Positions 9,658 through 19,878 are shown, numbered from the whole stretch's first letter. The stretch: DNA of 63,854 nucleotides, filler included, from Candidatus Methanoxibalbensis ujae (GCA_026134085.1; 3 parts of 3 records of this genome joined end to end with filler, not necessarily neighbours in it); one strand, 5' to 3'. A program made the numbers and translations. Notes: generated by a model not told the origin, from the sequence alone.

Positions 9658-10635
9658 CTATTCCGACATTTTGAAGTATGGATGCGGCTCGTTCGTCTGC
9701 AAGCCGTGCTCACTTTGAGCTGCTTCAGCCACTATCATATCTATCATGCCGCAAAGCGGAAAGACAAGCGGTGCGTTTTCTATTGGGCCGTAGAGGACGT
9801 AATCCTGACCAAGCAGTATTGGAATTATGTTTGAGCCAACATCGCACAGATGAAAAACTTCAGCGCCGATACCCTCCCAGCCTTTCTCCGTCTTTTTCGC
9901 ATGAGCCTTCCTGTATTTTTTGAGCCATGTCCATGCGGATGGGGCGTTGTGAATGCCGAGACCGACTGGAATTCCGTATTTTGCTTTCACTGCGAAACCT
10001 GACAGGCAGGATGAACCGCAGCCAGCTCCTATGGGCAGTGTTGCTGGATCAAAAAGCGGCTTTGTGATGCCGAGGTCCTCGCGGGCGAGATGAAGCATAC
10101 CCTTTTCAAAAGTTCCTGCGCCAGTCTCCATGAGATCCATCTTTCCAGCGACTGTTGAGTCTTTTGGATTGAAACCGAGAAGGATTGCCGCGCTCATCTT
10201 GGAGTTCTTTATCTCCTCAAGCTCCTCCTTTGAGCATGACACATTTATTGAGTTGTATATTGCCCTGTCCGCGAGACCCACCTCATCACAGTATTTCATG
10301 CCTGCAATTTTCGCCTCAGCAACTGTTGAATCTATGAGGAATGGGTCATCGCTTATATCCGCACAGAACTCTATCTCCTTCTCCATTGCCTCAGGTGATT
10401 CAGAGAATATCTGAACCATTATCGGATTTCCTGTGATATCTGACATCTCCTCCTGCATCTTTATCAGTCTCTCCGCTTCCTTCTTGTCGAATATGCCCTT
10501 ATCTGCGTCCTCAACGATGTAGTGCTTCGCGTAAAATATCGTGCCTGCGAGAACAGTCGCATATTCACCTGGCTGACCTCCTATTTTCACACCCGCTATC
10601 TCATACACATCCTGCTTCCTGTCAAAGAGATACAC
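9658..10635 (-). CDS. mtrH: Tetrahydromethanopterin S-methyltransferase subunit H
   Basis: IGGQPGEYATVLAGTIFY, PFLIDST, RAIYNSIN, GIHNAPSAW, LYGPIENA. Confidence 0.96.
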   Translation of the reverse strand: MYLFDRKQDVYEIAGVKIGGQPGEYATVLAGTIFYAKHYIVEDADKGIFDKKEAERLIKMQEEMSDITGNPIMVQIFSESPEAMEKEIEFCADISDDPFLIDSTVAEAKIAGMKYCDEVGLADRAIYNSINVSCSKEELEEIKNSKMSAAILLGFNPKDSTVAGKMDLMETGAGTFEKGMLHLAREDLGITKPLFDPATLPIGAGCGSSCLSGFAVKAKYGIPVGLGIHNAPSAWTWLKKYRKAHAKKTEKGWEGIGAEVFHLCDVGSNIIPILLGQDYVLYGPIENAPLVFPLCGMIDMIVAEAAQSEHGLQTNEPHPYFKMSE

Positions 10636-10704
10636 GATGCATCACCCCATTCAAATTTCTCCACAATATTTCTCCCCTCCCTCTTCCTCCCTTCTCCTTC
10701 TGTT

Positions 10705-10944
10705 TCAAAGAAGGAAAAGCACATACAGGAGCGTTCCGACGATTAGACCGTAGAGGATGCCTATCGTGAACCCTATTTTCTCGCCCTGTCGCTGGCTCAG
10801 CTCTCCCATGACGAACTCCACCTTCTCGTCCATCGCCTTCAACCGATCAATCAGCTTCCTGTATTCTGGTGGCGTCATCGCTATCGGAATCGCCACTTCC
10901 TCCCCCTTCTCCACCGCTTCCTCCTTCCCTTTATCCTCCGCCAT
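10705..10944 (-). CDS. mtrG: Mtr subunit G
   Basis: RL..MDEKVEFV.GEL.QRQGEKIG..IGILYG; operon position. Confidence 0.9.
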   Translation of the reverse strand: MAEDKGKEEAVEKGEEVAIPIAMTPPEYRKLIDRLKAMDEKVEFVMGELSQRQGEKIGFTIGILYGLIVGTLLYVLFLL

Positions 10945-11002
10945 CTTCACTCACTCCTTTTTTCTTCCTCTTCTTCTCTTCTCCTCTCTTCTCTTCTCTC
11001 TC

Positions 11003-11221
11003 TCACTTTCCTGCTCTCAAAGCGAGCAGGACGAGTTTAATGCCGACGAGGACCATGCTGACGAATATGCCGATTGCGAGACCTTTCACGAATCCAACCC
11101 ATAGACCAGCTCCGAACCTTGACTCACGACCGATGAGCGTTATCATTTTGCGCATGTCTTCAATTTTTGCGGTGATTACAGCAGTTTCAGGCGTCTGCTG
11201 CTCAACTCGCTGTGGTGGCAT
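11003..11221 (-). CDS. Small Mtr stalk/anchor subunit at the mtrF position, resembling the usual MtrA C-terminal anchor
   Basis: 72 aa, one TM helix; ETAVI..KI......IG....FGAGLWVGFVKGLAIG. Confidence 0.75.
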   Translation of the reverse strand: MPPQRVEQQTPETAVITAKIEDMRKMITLIGRESRFGAGLWVGFVKGLAIGIFVSMVLVGIKLVLLALRAGK

Positions 11222-11281
11222 TCATATCACCTCTCATTCCTTTCACCTATTTTTCTCCCATTATCCTCAAAGCAAGTCTCA

Positions 11282-12016
11282 TTATCCCCAAAGCAAGAAC
11301 GGCAGAGAGACGAGAGCCGCGAATATCAGCCCTGCGACTGTGCCGATGATTGCGTTTTTGGATATGCCCGAGGTGAGTTTGTGGTCTCTCGCGATCAGCT
11401 GTGCTTTGTATCTTATGCTCTCAGTTGCATCTGAGATAATGCCCATGTAGGGTTCTGCGGGCATCGCCAAAGGCACTTCAAGCGCAACAGCGGCAGCCTC
11501 CTCCTCACCGCCGAGCTTCACAATCATCGGCTCCTCCGGATATGCTCCAGGGTCTCTCGCCTTCAACTCCTCAATCTTCGCATTGATCGTTGCGGGGTCC
11601 TCCACGCCTATCATGTCTATGACCTCAACCTGCTTCCTGAACCGCTCAACTGCCTCCGCCGGAAGATTCTCTATGAAGGGGATCGCACCTTTTGACCCGA
11701 TGATTTTCTTGGTTGAGGGGTCTATGCCGTTTTTCCACAGTGCGACGAGACTGCCTCCCGAGATGTGACCGGGAACTTCCGCACCTGCAACAATCAGGAA
11801 GCGAATATTTGGGTTTGATATTATGTTCGCTATGATCTTTTCAATTCCGATGTTCTCCGTCTTGTCAGAGCCCACAATGGCGACGCCCGGAAAATCAGCG
11901 AGTTTGAAATGACTTCCGGTGGATGACAAAGCCACACAGCTCTGCGGGTCACCGACCTCATAATCGCCCGTCACGAAAGGCCATCCAGAGGGAACCTCAA
12001 TCTTCTCAGGCATCAC
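11282..12016 (-). CDS. mtrA: Mtr subunit A (corrinoid-binding) with MtrF-type C-terminus
   Basis: GWP..GDY.VGDP, KTENIGIEKIIAN..SNPNIRF, EVPGH (Co-ligand His), GAIPFIENL; tail ESIRYKAQLIARDHKLTSG. Confidence 0.93.
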   Translation of the reverse strand: MMPEKIEVPSGWPFVTGDYEVGDPQSCVALSSTGSHFKLADFPGVAIVGSDKTENIGIEKIIANIISNPNIRFLIVAGAEVPGHISGGSLVALWKNGIDPSTKKIIGSKGAIPFIENLPAEAVERFRKQVEVIDMIGVEDPATINAKIEELKARDPGAYPEEPMIVKLGGEEEAAAVALEVPLAMPAEPYMGIISDATESIRYKAQLIARDHKLTSGISKNAIIGTVAGLIFAALVSLPFLLWG

Positions 12017-12330
12017 GCACCACCTCCCATGCCGAACAGCATTATTGCTATGAAAAGCAAGCCAAATATGAGACCGACCCAGAACATCGTTAAGAAGCCA
12101 GCCTTGCTCAATGCACCTTCTCTGTTCGGCTGCGCCATCGTAAAGCTCGTCGTCGGGTCAAGGCAGTTGAACAGGTCTTCAACAGCAGTCTCAAGCACAT
12201 TTATCTGCTCCTCTATCGGCGATAGATTTATCTTGTAGAAGCCGGGTCTTGCCTCTCCTATCTTCATTGAATCTGTGTCAAAGACAATGCCCAGTTCCTC
12301 GTTCAGAACAATCACGCCCATTTTTCTCAC
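12013..12330 (-). CDS. mtrB: Mtr subunit B
   Basis: I.EQIN.LE....DL.N.LDP....PNREG....AG..T.F; operon position. Confidence 0.9.
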   Translation of the reverse strand: MRKMGVIVLNEELGIVFDTDSMKIGEARPGFYKINLSPIEEQINVLETAVEDLFNCLDPTTSFTMAQPNREGALSKAGFLTMFWVGLIFGLLFIAIMLFGMGGGA

Positions 12331-12385
12331 ACCTCTTCTCCTCTCTTCTCAATGCGCTCTCTCCCTCATCTCTCCCTCAACTCGA

Positions 12386-13261
12386 TCACTTCACCGTTTT
12401 TATGAGACCCGTGCCGACGACCTCGTAAGATGCCTCAAACGAGCGGCGCACGAACTTCGCATAGAAAACGACCCAGACGACGATGCCGTAGAGTATGAGC
12501 AGAGCCGCATTCAGAAGACCTAGCGAGGAGGAGCCGAGCCATTCAGCTCCGAGAGCGATTGAGACGATGCCGAGAATGATGCAAATCAGCCCTGAAATCT
12601 CAAAGGAGAGGAGCAATGTGCGACCTCTGTCCTCATCAGGACCCAGACATGCGTTGAACGGGTGGAACATGCCTATCGCAGACATAACGAACATGAATGC
12701 TATTGCACCGCTGAGGAACACATCCTCCAGAACAGCGTCAAGCTTCAGAGTCCCTGCGACCATTGAACTCTCAAGCAGGAATGCAAGCGTCCCTGCAACA
12801 CCCAGCTCGGTCATGCCTCGCTCCAATCCCGGGATTTTCATTGAAATGAACTTCTCACTGTTCGAGAATATGCCTGAAATGTATCCGATGAGCGCAGCAA
12901 TCGCAACACCGCCGAGAACGCCTACATTCAGCACCTCAACACCGCCTATTGTGAAATCTCCGCCGACCTTTGCGATGCCCATTCCTGCGATTGCGCCGAT
13001 GACGCCGTAGCCGACTGCGAGGACTCCTATTGATGGGACGCCAGTGCCGAGACCATAGCGAGAAGTCTTGCGAACGGAGTCAGCCCCCCAAACAAGCACG
13101 AAAGTGAGACCGATGGCTTTGACGAACGAGGGCATAAAGGGCAGTATTGTCATTATGATGCCGAGAACTGCCGCAATTATGCCCAATTTCGTCTCAGTTG
13201 GAGGCCAACCCTTCTCAGGCTTCTTCTCTTCCTCCTCCACAGGCGCAGTCGGAACGGTCAT
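12386..13261 (-). CDS. mtrC: Mtr subunit C
   Basis: VWGADSVR..YGLGTGVPSIG, MKIP, HPFNACLGPDE..RTL. Confidence 0.95.
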   Translation of the reverse strand: MTVPTAPVEEEEKKPEKGWPPTETKLGIIAAVLGIIMTILPFMPSFVKAIGLTFVLVWGADSVRKTSRYGLGTGVPSIGVLAVGYGVIGAIAGMGIAKVGGDFTIGGVEVLNVGVLGGVAIAALIGYISGIFSNSEKFISMKIPGLERGMTELGVAGTLAFLLESSMVAGTLKLDAVLEDVFLSGAIAFMFVMSAIGMFHPFNACLGPDEDRGRTLLLSFEISGLICIILGIVSIALGAEWLGSSSLGLLNAALLILYGIVVWVVFYAKFVRRSFEASYEVVGTGLIKTVK

Positions 13262-14035
13262 TCAGACACCACCTCCCATCAGACCCCAAGACGCTATGAT
13301 GACACAGAGTCCGCAGAGCGCTGAAACGACAGCACAGGAGATGAGAGCCTTGGGCAGCCGCTTGAACTTCGGGTCGTGGAAGCCCTCAATTGTTCCGCCG
13401 ATGTTGTAAGCGGAAAGAATGGCATTCGCCACGAATATGCCTGCGGCTGCAATTCCAGCAGCAGCGGCTGAAATCATCTCAGCATCCACTGCTCCGAGCT
13501 CTGGGAAGAGAGATGCGGGGAATGCGTAGTTTTTCAGCACGAAATACATGAGAGCGCCACCGAAGCCTCCCAAGAACGCACCAATCCATCCCGAAATGTA
13601 GCTCACATTCGGAACGCCATGCCCGTCTGTCTGAGGTGTCTTGTAAGGTGTTTGCGGCTCCTTCGTGATCGGGTCAACCTCAACACGCCCGGAGACGGGA
13701 ACGACACCCGCACCGAACACATAGAGCATGTTTGCGAAGAGCATCGTGAAACTCATCATCAGCATCGCACCCACCGCACCAGAAAGAGCGACAAGAACTA
13801 AAGCAAGCGGAGAAGGCGTCTCAAAAAAAGTCGCCACCGTGGATGCTGTGAAAAGGCCTGTGAGAGCAGCGCCGAACATGAGCTGAACGGTGCCTGTTGC
13901 AATGCCTGTTGCGGTGCCCATCGCCGCCGGAGCGCCTCCGACTGGAATCATGTGAACGCCGAGAGATGCGAGAAGTCCCCCTACAATCACACACACCAAT
14001 ATCAGCAACGCAGTTATCGGATCCATTTCTCTCAC
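13262..14035 (-). CDS. mtrD: Mtr subunit D
   Basis: GVHMIPVGGAPAAM, DPIT..Q..Y.TP.T.GHGVP, YNIGGTIEGFHDPKFK. Confidence 0.95.
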   Translation of the reverse strand: MREMDPITALLILVCVIVGGLLASLGVHMIPVGGAPAAMGTATGIATGTVQLMFGAALTGLFTASTVATFFETPSPLALVLVALSGAVGAMLMMSFTMLFANMLYVFGAGVVPVSGRVEVDPITKEPQTPYKTPQTDGHGVPNVSYISGWIGAFLGGFGGALMYFVLKNYAFPASLFPELGAVDAEMISAAAAGIAAAGIFVANAILSAYNIGGTIEGFHDPKFKRLPKALISCAVVSALCGLCVIIASWGLMGGGV

Positions 14036-14045
14036 ACCTCCATGA

Positions 14046-15014
14046 TCACTCGCCTACAAAAGGCCCATACCGCTTACGCGCCCACCTCACAAGATACAAG
14101 TTCCCGAGGATCAGCGCTATCCCGATGACGAGACCGATAACGATGCCTATCGCTGCAGCCGCAGCTCCAGCAGCAGAACCTGCCGTGAGGTAACCGCCGC
14201 CGAGCATGCCGAGCACGGTTCGCCAGTTCTCAAAGAGGATGATCATGCCGAATGTCATTCCAGTGAGGGGACATCCGTATTTTATGCAGAAGGCGACGAT
14301 GTCCTTCTGCGTTCTGATGCCGCAGTCCGCATACCTTGTGATCATCCCATGATAGACAACTCGCTTGCCCTCACCAAACGGACGGTCCTGAAATATTCTT
14401 TCCGTGCCGTAATGGATGTCGCCTGTTGAAGAGCCTATGCTTCCGACGGTGATGCCCCAGATGAATCCGAGCAGAGGAAGCGGGAAAGGATGATTCAACT
14501 CAGGAATGCCTGAAAGCGTCCCAAGGTTTGCTTGAAGGTATGCGATGCCGGTGATGCAAAATGTCGTCATGAAGCCATGTGTCATTATTGGGACCAGATG
14601 ACCGTAGAAGACATCCAGGTATAGCGGCTGTTGGAATCTGCTCTGTCCTGAAGTTCTGCCGAGATGAGCGGTCGTTGCGAATATGAGATGAAATATTTCA
14701 CCTGCGAGAACGCCGAGAGGAATCGCAAGTATTGCAGCCTTCCACTTCTCTGCGGGGAACATCGGCTCAAACTGACGGAGAAGCACCCAGGTGACGGTGC
14801 ATGCGGTCGTCGCATACATGCAGTTTGAAAGAGGCTCACCTGAGATTGCTTTGTTGAAGAAGCGATGCACATATCCGATCTGAGCTGCGAGCTGCACCTG
14901 CGAGTTCGGATTGCTCTGCGAACCACAGTCAGACTCCGCATCTTCGAAGAAGCATGCTACGAACGCCAGAAACGCTATCAGCAGAAGCAGTCCGAACAGT
15001 ATCTCAAACGGCAT
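14046..15014 (-). CDS. mtrE: Mtr subunit E
   Basis: EDAESDCGSQSNPNSQVQLA, NKAISGEP, WGITVGSIGSSTGDIHYG; start placed at MPFEIL. Confidence 0.95.
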   Translation of the reverse strand: MPFEILFGLLLLIAFLAFVACFFEDAESDCGSQSNPNSQVQLAAQIGYVHRFFNKAISGEPLSNCMYATTACTVTWVLLRQFEPMFPAEKWKAAILAIPLGVLAGEIFHLIFATTAHLGRTSGQSRFQQPLYLDVFYGHLVPIMTHGFMTTFCITGIAYLQANLGTLSGIPELNHPFPLPLLGFIWGITVGSIGSSTGDIHYGTERIFQDRPFGEGKRVVYHGMITRYADCGIRTQKDIVAFCIKYGCPLTGMTFGMIILFENWRTVLGMLGGGYLTAGSAAGAAAAAIGIVIGLVIGIALILGNLYLVRWARKRYGPFVGE

Positions 15015-15141
15015 GCAACACCATTTACACATAACATATAAAAATCTTTCTATTTTTGCTTTCATAAGAAATTATTGATGGGAGAATGTTCATCCGGGAG
15101 GATGTTCGGAGCGATATGGGAAATCGGAGCGATATAAGAAA

Positions 15142-16599
15142 ATGATTGGAAAGAGGCACAATCCCAGGATATTGAAGCCGCAGCGTGTGAGCTACAGCGA
15201 CTTGCATTATATATTGAGGCTTTCAAGAGGGGACCTCTCATTCCGTCCGATATTCATAGTTGCATCAGTTGAACTCGGAAACAGCACGACGAAGGCGATA
15301 CTCACAGCCACTGACATTAAAAGCGGGAGGACATATGTGCTGAACAAGGCTGTCAGAATGACAAGGGAGGCTCTATCACCCGATGATGCGTTCTGTCACA
15401 CTTTGAGCAATGTCAAGCTCTCAGAGCGCTCTATCGCGGAGCATGTGAGGAGGACACTTGAGGAATGCACGCATGAAGCCGGAATAAGCATCGCAGACCT
15501 GCATTTCGTTGTGCGCTCAACAGGCGTGACTGCTTGCTTCTCAAAGGTGGAGGAGGTAGCAGGAGTGATTCAGGCACTCGCAAAGGGCTGCATGCTCGCA
15601 GGTGTTCCTCCTCGCAAAATGGTATCGCCTATGACCGTTGATAACATACCCGAAGAACTGAGACCTTTCTCAAAAATGGACAGAACATATTTTGACGGCG
15701 CTGTCGCTGGAAACCTTCCTCCTTCAGGAGAGCCAATAGTCGGAAATGAGATGGAGGGCGAGCTCGTCACAGCAGGAATGAAGGAGGCTGCAAAATGGGT
15801 GGATGTGGATTTCAGGAACCCTGTTCTCTCACTGGACTTCGGCACAACACTCGCAGGTCGTATAACTGATGATGAACTGCCCTACGGACGCGTCATAGGC
15901 TCATTCTGCGGTCTTGCAGGCGCAATTCCTGATGCTCTCGTGTCAGGCGTGGTGAGTGAGGAATATCCAACAATGCTTGATTTCCAGGAAGGCAGAAGAC
16001 GGAGATTGCTCAAAAGAGTGAACAGGAAAGTCGTCCGTGATCATGTTGATGAGATAATGGAGCACATCTTCATAGGAAAAGTCAGCAACAGAGATCGTGT
16101 GGGCGGAGTCCCCGTCAATCCAGGTGCAGCACAGAAAAATAATGTGGTGCTTATAGGAGTTGATGCGGGATATAATTGCTCGGATCTGCCTAAAATTGCC
16201 GAAATAGGTGAGGAGATAGCGAGGAACGATGGTGAACATTATATAAGCGCGGTTGTTGATGAACTTTCTGCATTTATTGTGGAGAGGCTTGTGGAGGTTG
16301 CGATTGAGGAGGGACTCCTCTTGAAGAACATGAAGATAGGAATAACGGGAAGGGCGGGGATAACGGGAGATAAGCCTTTTATCGTTCTTGACAGGCTCAG
16401 CACGCTTTTTGGCAGGAAGATGGATGAGGAAGTTGTCTTCGCGGATGACGGTCTGGCACGCGGTGCTGCCGTGCTTGGAAGGTGCATGCATCAGTTCGGC
16501 ACGCCGGAAAATCCGATAGGTGGCGTTCAGGGAGGAGGATGCGTTATGGGAATGCGGTTGAAGTTGCAGAGAAAGCAAAACAAACAGCGAGCAGGCTGA
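15142..16599 (+). CDS. Methanogenesis marker protein 14 (DUF2114)
   Basis: VASVELGNSTTK, LHFVVRSTGV, NEMEGEL, DFRNPV.SLDFGTTLAGR, DDGLARGAAV.GRCM. Confidence 0.9.
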   Translation: MIGKRHNPRILKPQRVSYSDLHYILRLSRGDLSFRPIFIVASVELGNSTTKAILTATDIKSGRTYVLNKAVRMTREALSPDDAFCHTLSNVKLSERSIAEHVRRTLEECTHEAGISIADLHFVVRSTGVTACFSKVEEVAGVIQALAKGCMLAGVPPRKMVSPMTVDNIPEELRPFSKMDRTYFDGAVAGNLPPSGEPIVGNEMEGELVTAGMKEAAKWVDVDFRNPVLSLDFGTTLAGRITDDELPYGRVIGSFCGLAGAIPDALVSGVVSEEYPTMLDFQEGRRRRLLKRVNRKVVRDHVDEIMEHIFIGKVSNRDRVGGVPVNPGAAQKNNVVLIGVDAGYNCSDLPKIAEIGEEIARNDGEHYISAVVDELSAFIVERLVEVAIEEGLLLKNMKIGITGRAGITGDKPFIVLDRLSTLFGRKMDEEVVFADDGLARGAAVLGRCMHQFGTPENPIGGVQGGGCVMGMRLKLQRKQNKQRAG

Positions 16600-16660
16600 G
16601 CCAGCAGGCAGCAGATTCAACATATAATTCATATATTTGAAGGAAGAAATGTAAGTTGGG

Positions 16661-17215
16661 ATGGAGGTTGAGGTTGAGGTTGAAGGAGCTGAGGAATTTG
16701 GCAGGGAATCCTACAAGAAACTCTGCTCTGAGATATTGAGGGACATAGGCGTCAGGACGAGCATAAAATACACGAAGATGTACTGCAATCCGAGGGAAAG
16801 TGTTTTCATAGTATCGCTCAAGATAGGCAATGTTCCAAAGCCCGTGAGAGTGACTGATATTGTTGATTTCGGCAAGGACAAGATGCATATTCGTGACGAG
16901 AAACATGCACCTCGTCTTCTATCGCTGCTCTGGGCGAAATATGGTGATAGGGTGTGGCAGATAAGTCGCCTTGAGATAGGATATGATCTGAGTGATGAGG
17001 AGATTGAGATGATGAAGGAGTTTGTCGTGTATGATTTCAAGGAGGATCTGGCTGAGAGAATAATGGACGGACTGAACAGGATAATTCCTGAGGGCGCACG
17101 CATAAGACAGCCGATCAAATCAGAAAACACGATCACGCTCATCGCATCTGAAAATCCGATAACCGATGAGTGGAAGAGAAAGGCAATTGATATCGCGAGC
17201 GATGTTGACCGCTGA
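16661..17215 (+). CDS. Methanogenesis marker protein 17
   Basis: G.ESY, I.DE..AP.LL..LW..YG, RIIPEG.R, ASE motifs; synteny with markers 14 and 7. Confidence 0.85.
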   Translation: MEVEVEVEGAEEFGRESYKKLCSEILRDIGVRTSIKYTKMYCNPRESVFIVSLKIGNVPKPVRVTDIVDFGKDKMHIRDEKHAPRLLSLLWAKYGDRVWQISRLEIGYDLSDEEIEMMKEFVVYDFKEDLAERIMDGLNRIIPEGARIRQPIKSENTITLIASENPITDEWKRKAIDIASDVDR

Positions 17216-17355
17216 ACATGCCGCTGAACATGCCGCTGAACATGCGGAGGACATACCTACCGAGGAATATGAGGAGATAATTTGAGGAGATAATTAAATG
17301 ATAAAAGAAAACAAAAGAAAAACAAAAGAAAAAGAAAAGAGGGAGGAAGTTGATA

Positions 17356-18255
17356 ATGTTCAAAATAATGTTGTTTGAGGGTGGAGTTTACAGATTCAGA
17401 GAGTTGAAGGAGCTGATTCAGGACATAGGAGGATTTGTTGTTCAGGAAATGACCATGCAGTCGGATGTGATGATGCACCTTGCTTTCCCCGCGGATGAGG
17501 AGAGACTTGTGAGAGACATGGTGAACTCGCTTGGCGGGAAGCTGCGTGACCTCTCTCTTGCCGGCACGGAGATAATGGTTGTATCTCCCTCTCTCGGAAA
17601 ACATCATCTTGTCCATCCGGTATGCGATATCGCGGAATTCCTGAGGAGGGAGGGTGCAGTCACAAATGTTATGGGGCTCTCACGGGGTGTCGGAAAGCGA
17701 ATCTCACAGATGGCCCTCAAGGAGCGTGAGATGATAGAGGAATGCGATGCTGCTGTCTTCTTCTTCGGAAACTTCGCAGAATGCATCCGTGAGAAAGCGG
17801 AGAAACTCTGTGAGCCGCTTGACATACCCTATGTGATCATAGGAGGGCCTCCTGAGGTTGAAGGCGTCCGCAATTATGTGGGAGGTATAGGCAGGCGCAC
17901 TGACAGAATGCGGAGAAAATCGGAGATAGAAAAGCTGGGGGAAGTGGTTGATCGGTTGAATGAAGCGCTTGATGTGAAAAAACGGGAAATAGAAGAGGAC
18001 ACACTCTCAGCACCGCCAATGTTCATAAAGGAGATGATAGAGGCGAGAATTCCGCTTGACACATCAGAAGAGCTGCCCATAGTCATTCATCTTGATGGGC
18101 TCCGCGTGCGTATAGGCGATGAATATGCATCTGAGCTCGCAGATGTTGAAGTCGGCAGGAAACGCATACGGGACATCTGCACAATAAAAAAATCCGCTTT
18201 TGAGGGTTACCTCCTCAAAATACTGCCTGAAGCAGAGGTGGGCAGCGTGTTCTGA
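17356..18255 (+). CDS. Methanogenesis marker protein 7
   Basis: FEGGVY, ELIQDIGG, LAGTEI.VVSPSL..HHL.HPVCDIAEFLRR.GA.TN.MGLSRGVG. Confidence 0.9.
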   Translation: MFKIMLFEGGVYRFRELKELIQDIGGFVVQEMTMQSDVMMHLAFPADEERLVRDMVNSLGGKLRDLSLAGTEIMVVSPSLGKHHLVHPVCDIAEFLRREGAVTNVMGLSRGVGKRISQMALKEREMIEECDAAVFFFGNFAECIREKAEKLCEPLDIPYVIIGGPPEVEGVRNYVGGIGRRTDRMRRKSEIEKLGEVVDRLNEALDVKKREIEEDTLSAPPMFIKEMIEARIPLDTSEELPIVIHLDGLRVRIGDEYASELADVEVGRKRIRDICTIKKSAFEGYLLKILPEAEVGSVF

Positions 18256-18271
18256 GCGGAGGAGCGGAGAG

Positions 18272-19495
18272 CTATGATGAACGCGATGAGTGCACTATTT
18301 TTATGATGTCTCCATCTTTGAGCTCATATCGCTCGCCGAGCCTTCGTTTTGTGCGTGCATCAACTGCAAACAGAAATCCTTTTCCTATGTCTGTGTGAAC
18401 GGCGAAAGCAAGATCCCTTGCTGTGCTCCCTTTTTTCATGAGGAAAGCATCAGGAAGTATTCTGCCTGAGGAATCGCTGAATTTGTGCTCATCCTCAACA
18501 GGATATACAACAATATAGTGGAGAATGTTGAGAACAGCATAATTTATTATCTTCTGAACACCAGTTCCGCCGTTTTTATGCATGAACTCTCTTATCTTCA
18601 TAAGTGCTTTGCGCTGCTCTTCTGTCAGTTCACCGATTATCTCAAAATCCTCATCTCCCGGCAGATACCTCACAATTCCCCTCTCAGATGCCCGCCGCAA
18701 TGCGAGCTCAGCCTCCGCGGAGCATGGTATCACCGCGATATCAGTGTCACGGGCGAGCTCACCGCTCACGAATGAGCGAATCCTTTCGATGTTCTCATCG
18801 GGTGCAATATCCGCCTTGTTTGCTGCGATTACCATTCGCTTGCTGACATGCAGTATGTGATGTGCGAGGCTTTCAATTTCATCATCACTCCAGTTCTCCG
18901 CCTGTTTATCGGAGATGCCCGCACGGGAAATCGCCACCTTCACATCCACTTCGCTCACTCCCACGCCTGCCAGCTGTTCGGCTATGAGAGGTTCAATGTC
19001 TGTGTTCTCAAGCGATGCTTTCCTCTCAATTTTTCGCCAGTTCCTTTTCAATATGTTCAGTATCCACAGCTTGAACTCTTTCTCAAAGGAGATTATGTCC
19101 TCAACGGGATCATGCTCCCCCGCTCCCACGGGATTTCCATCTGCATCCGTGCTGCCTGATGCATCAACAACATGAATAATGACTTCCGCCCTCCTGAGGT
19201 CATCGAGAAACTCGTTACCCAGTCCACGACCCTCATGCGCACCTTTTACGAGACCTGCCACATCTATAAGCTGAACAGGTATGAACCGATTGCCATCAAT
19301 GCAGGAACCGCAGTGATCTGAGGATCCCTCCCTGATATCGCAGCATGCACATCTGACACGGACATGCGCAATGCCTATGTTTGGTGATATTGTCGTGAAT
19401 GGATAAGGTGCGATTTCGGCAGGTGCGAGTGTTGAAGCCATGAAGAAAGTTGATTTTCCCACATTCGGCTTTCCGGCAATGCCGAGAACTATCAT
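18272..19495 (-). CDS. ychF: Obg-family GTPase/ATPase YchF with TGS domain
   Basis: GKPNVGKST, YPFTTI.PN, DVAGLVKGAHEGRGLGN.FL, NKAD, C-terminal VHTD. Confidence 0.92.
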   Translation of the reverse strand: MIVLGIAGKPNVGKSTFFMASTLAPAEIAPYPFTTISPNIGIAHVRVRCACCDIREGSSDHCGSCIDGNRFIPVQLIDVAGLVKGAHEGRGLGNEFLDDLRRAEVIIHVVDASGSTDADGNPVGAGEHDPVEDIISFEKEFKLWILNILKRNWRKIERKASLENTDIEPLIAEQLAGVGVSEVDVKVAISRAGISDKQAENWSDDEIESLAHHILHVSKRMVIAANKADIAPDENIERIRSFVSGELARDTDIAVIPCSAEAELALRRASERGIVRYLPGDEDFEIIGELTEEQRKALMKIREFMHKNGGTGVQKIINYAVLNILHYIVVYPVEDEHKFSDSSGRILPDAFLMKKGSTARDLAFAVHTDIGKGFLFAVDARTKRRLGERYELKDGDIIKIVHSSRSS

Positions 19496-19502
19496 TCCTC
19501 AG

Positions 19503-19775
19503 TCATTCCTCAACGGAAATCGTCTCAAGCTGACCGACAATGCTCCAGACAATTGTTCTCGCATGCGATGGCATGTTGGGATCGCTTGTGAGCTCTTCCA
19601 ACGCTGATATCGCGGATGTCGCTCTCATCGCTATTGAGCCCTCTCCATTCAAAAGCTCTTCCTTGAGCGATTCAGCAGATTTGCGTATGTTGCGAGGCAC
19701 GGTCACATCGTTCATTATGCGCTCAAGCATCTCCGCACATCTCCTCAAAACCTCCTCCTTCTCCTTCCTCTTCAT
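19503..19775 (-). CDS. UPF0147 family protein
   Basis: I.ND.TVPRNIR, DPNMP.HART..W. Confidence 0.88.
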   Translation of the reverse strand: MKRKEKEEVLRRCAEMLERIMNDVTVPRNIRKSAESLKEELLNGEGSIAMRATSAISALEELTSDPNMPSHARTIVWSIVGQLETISVEE

Positions 19776-19878
19776 ATAAATTCACCTCCTGCCACTGCTC
19801 CGGTAAACTCCCTCTCTTCTTTTTCTTTTCTTTTTTCCCTCTCTTTTCCTTCTCTTATTCTTATGCTTATGATTAATT

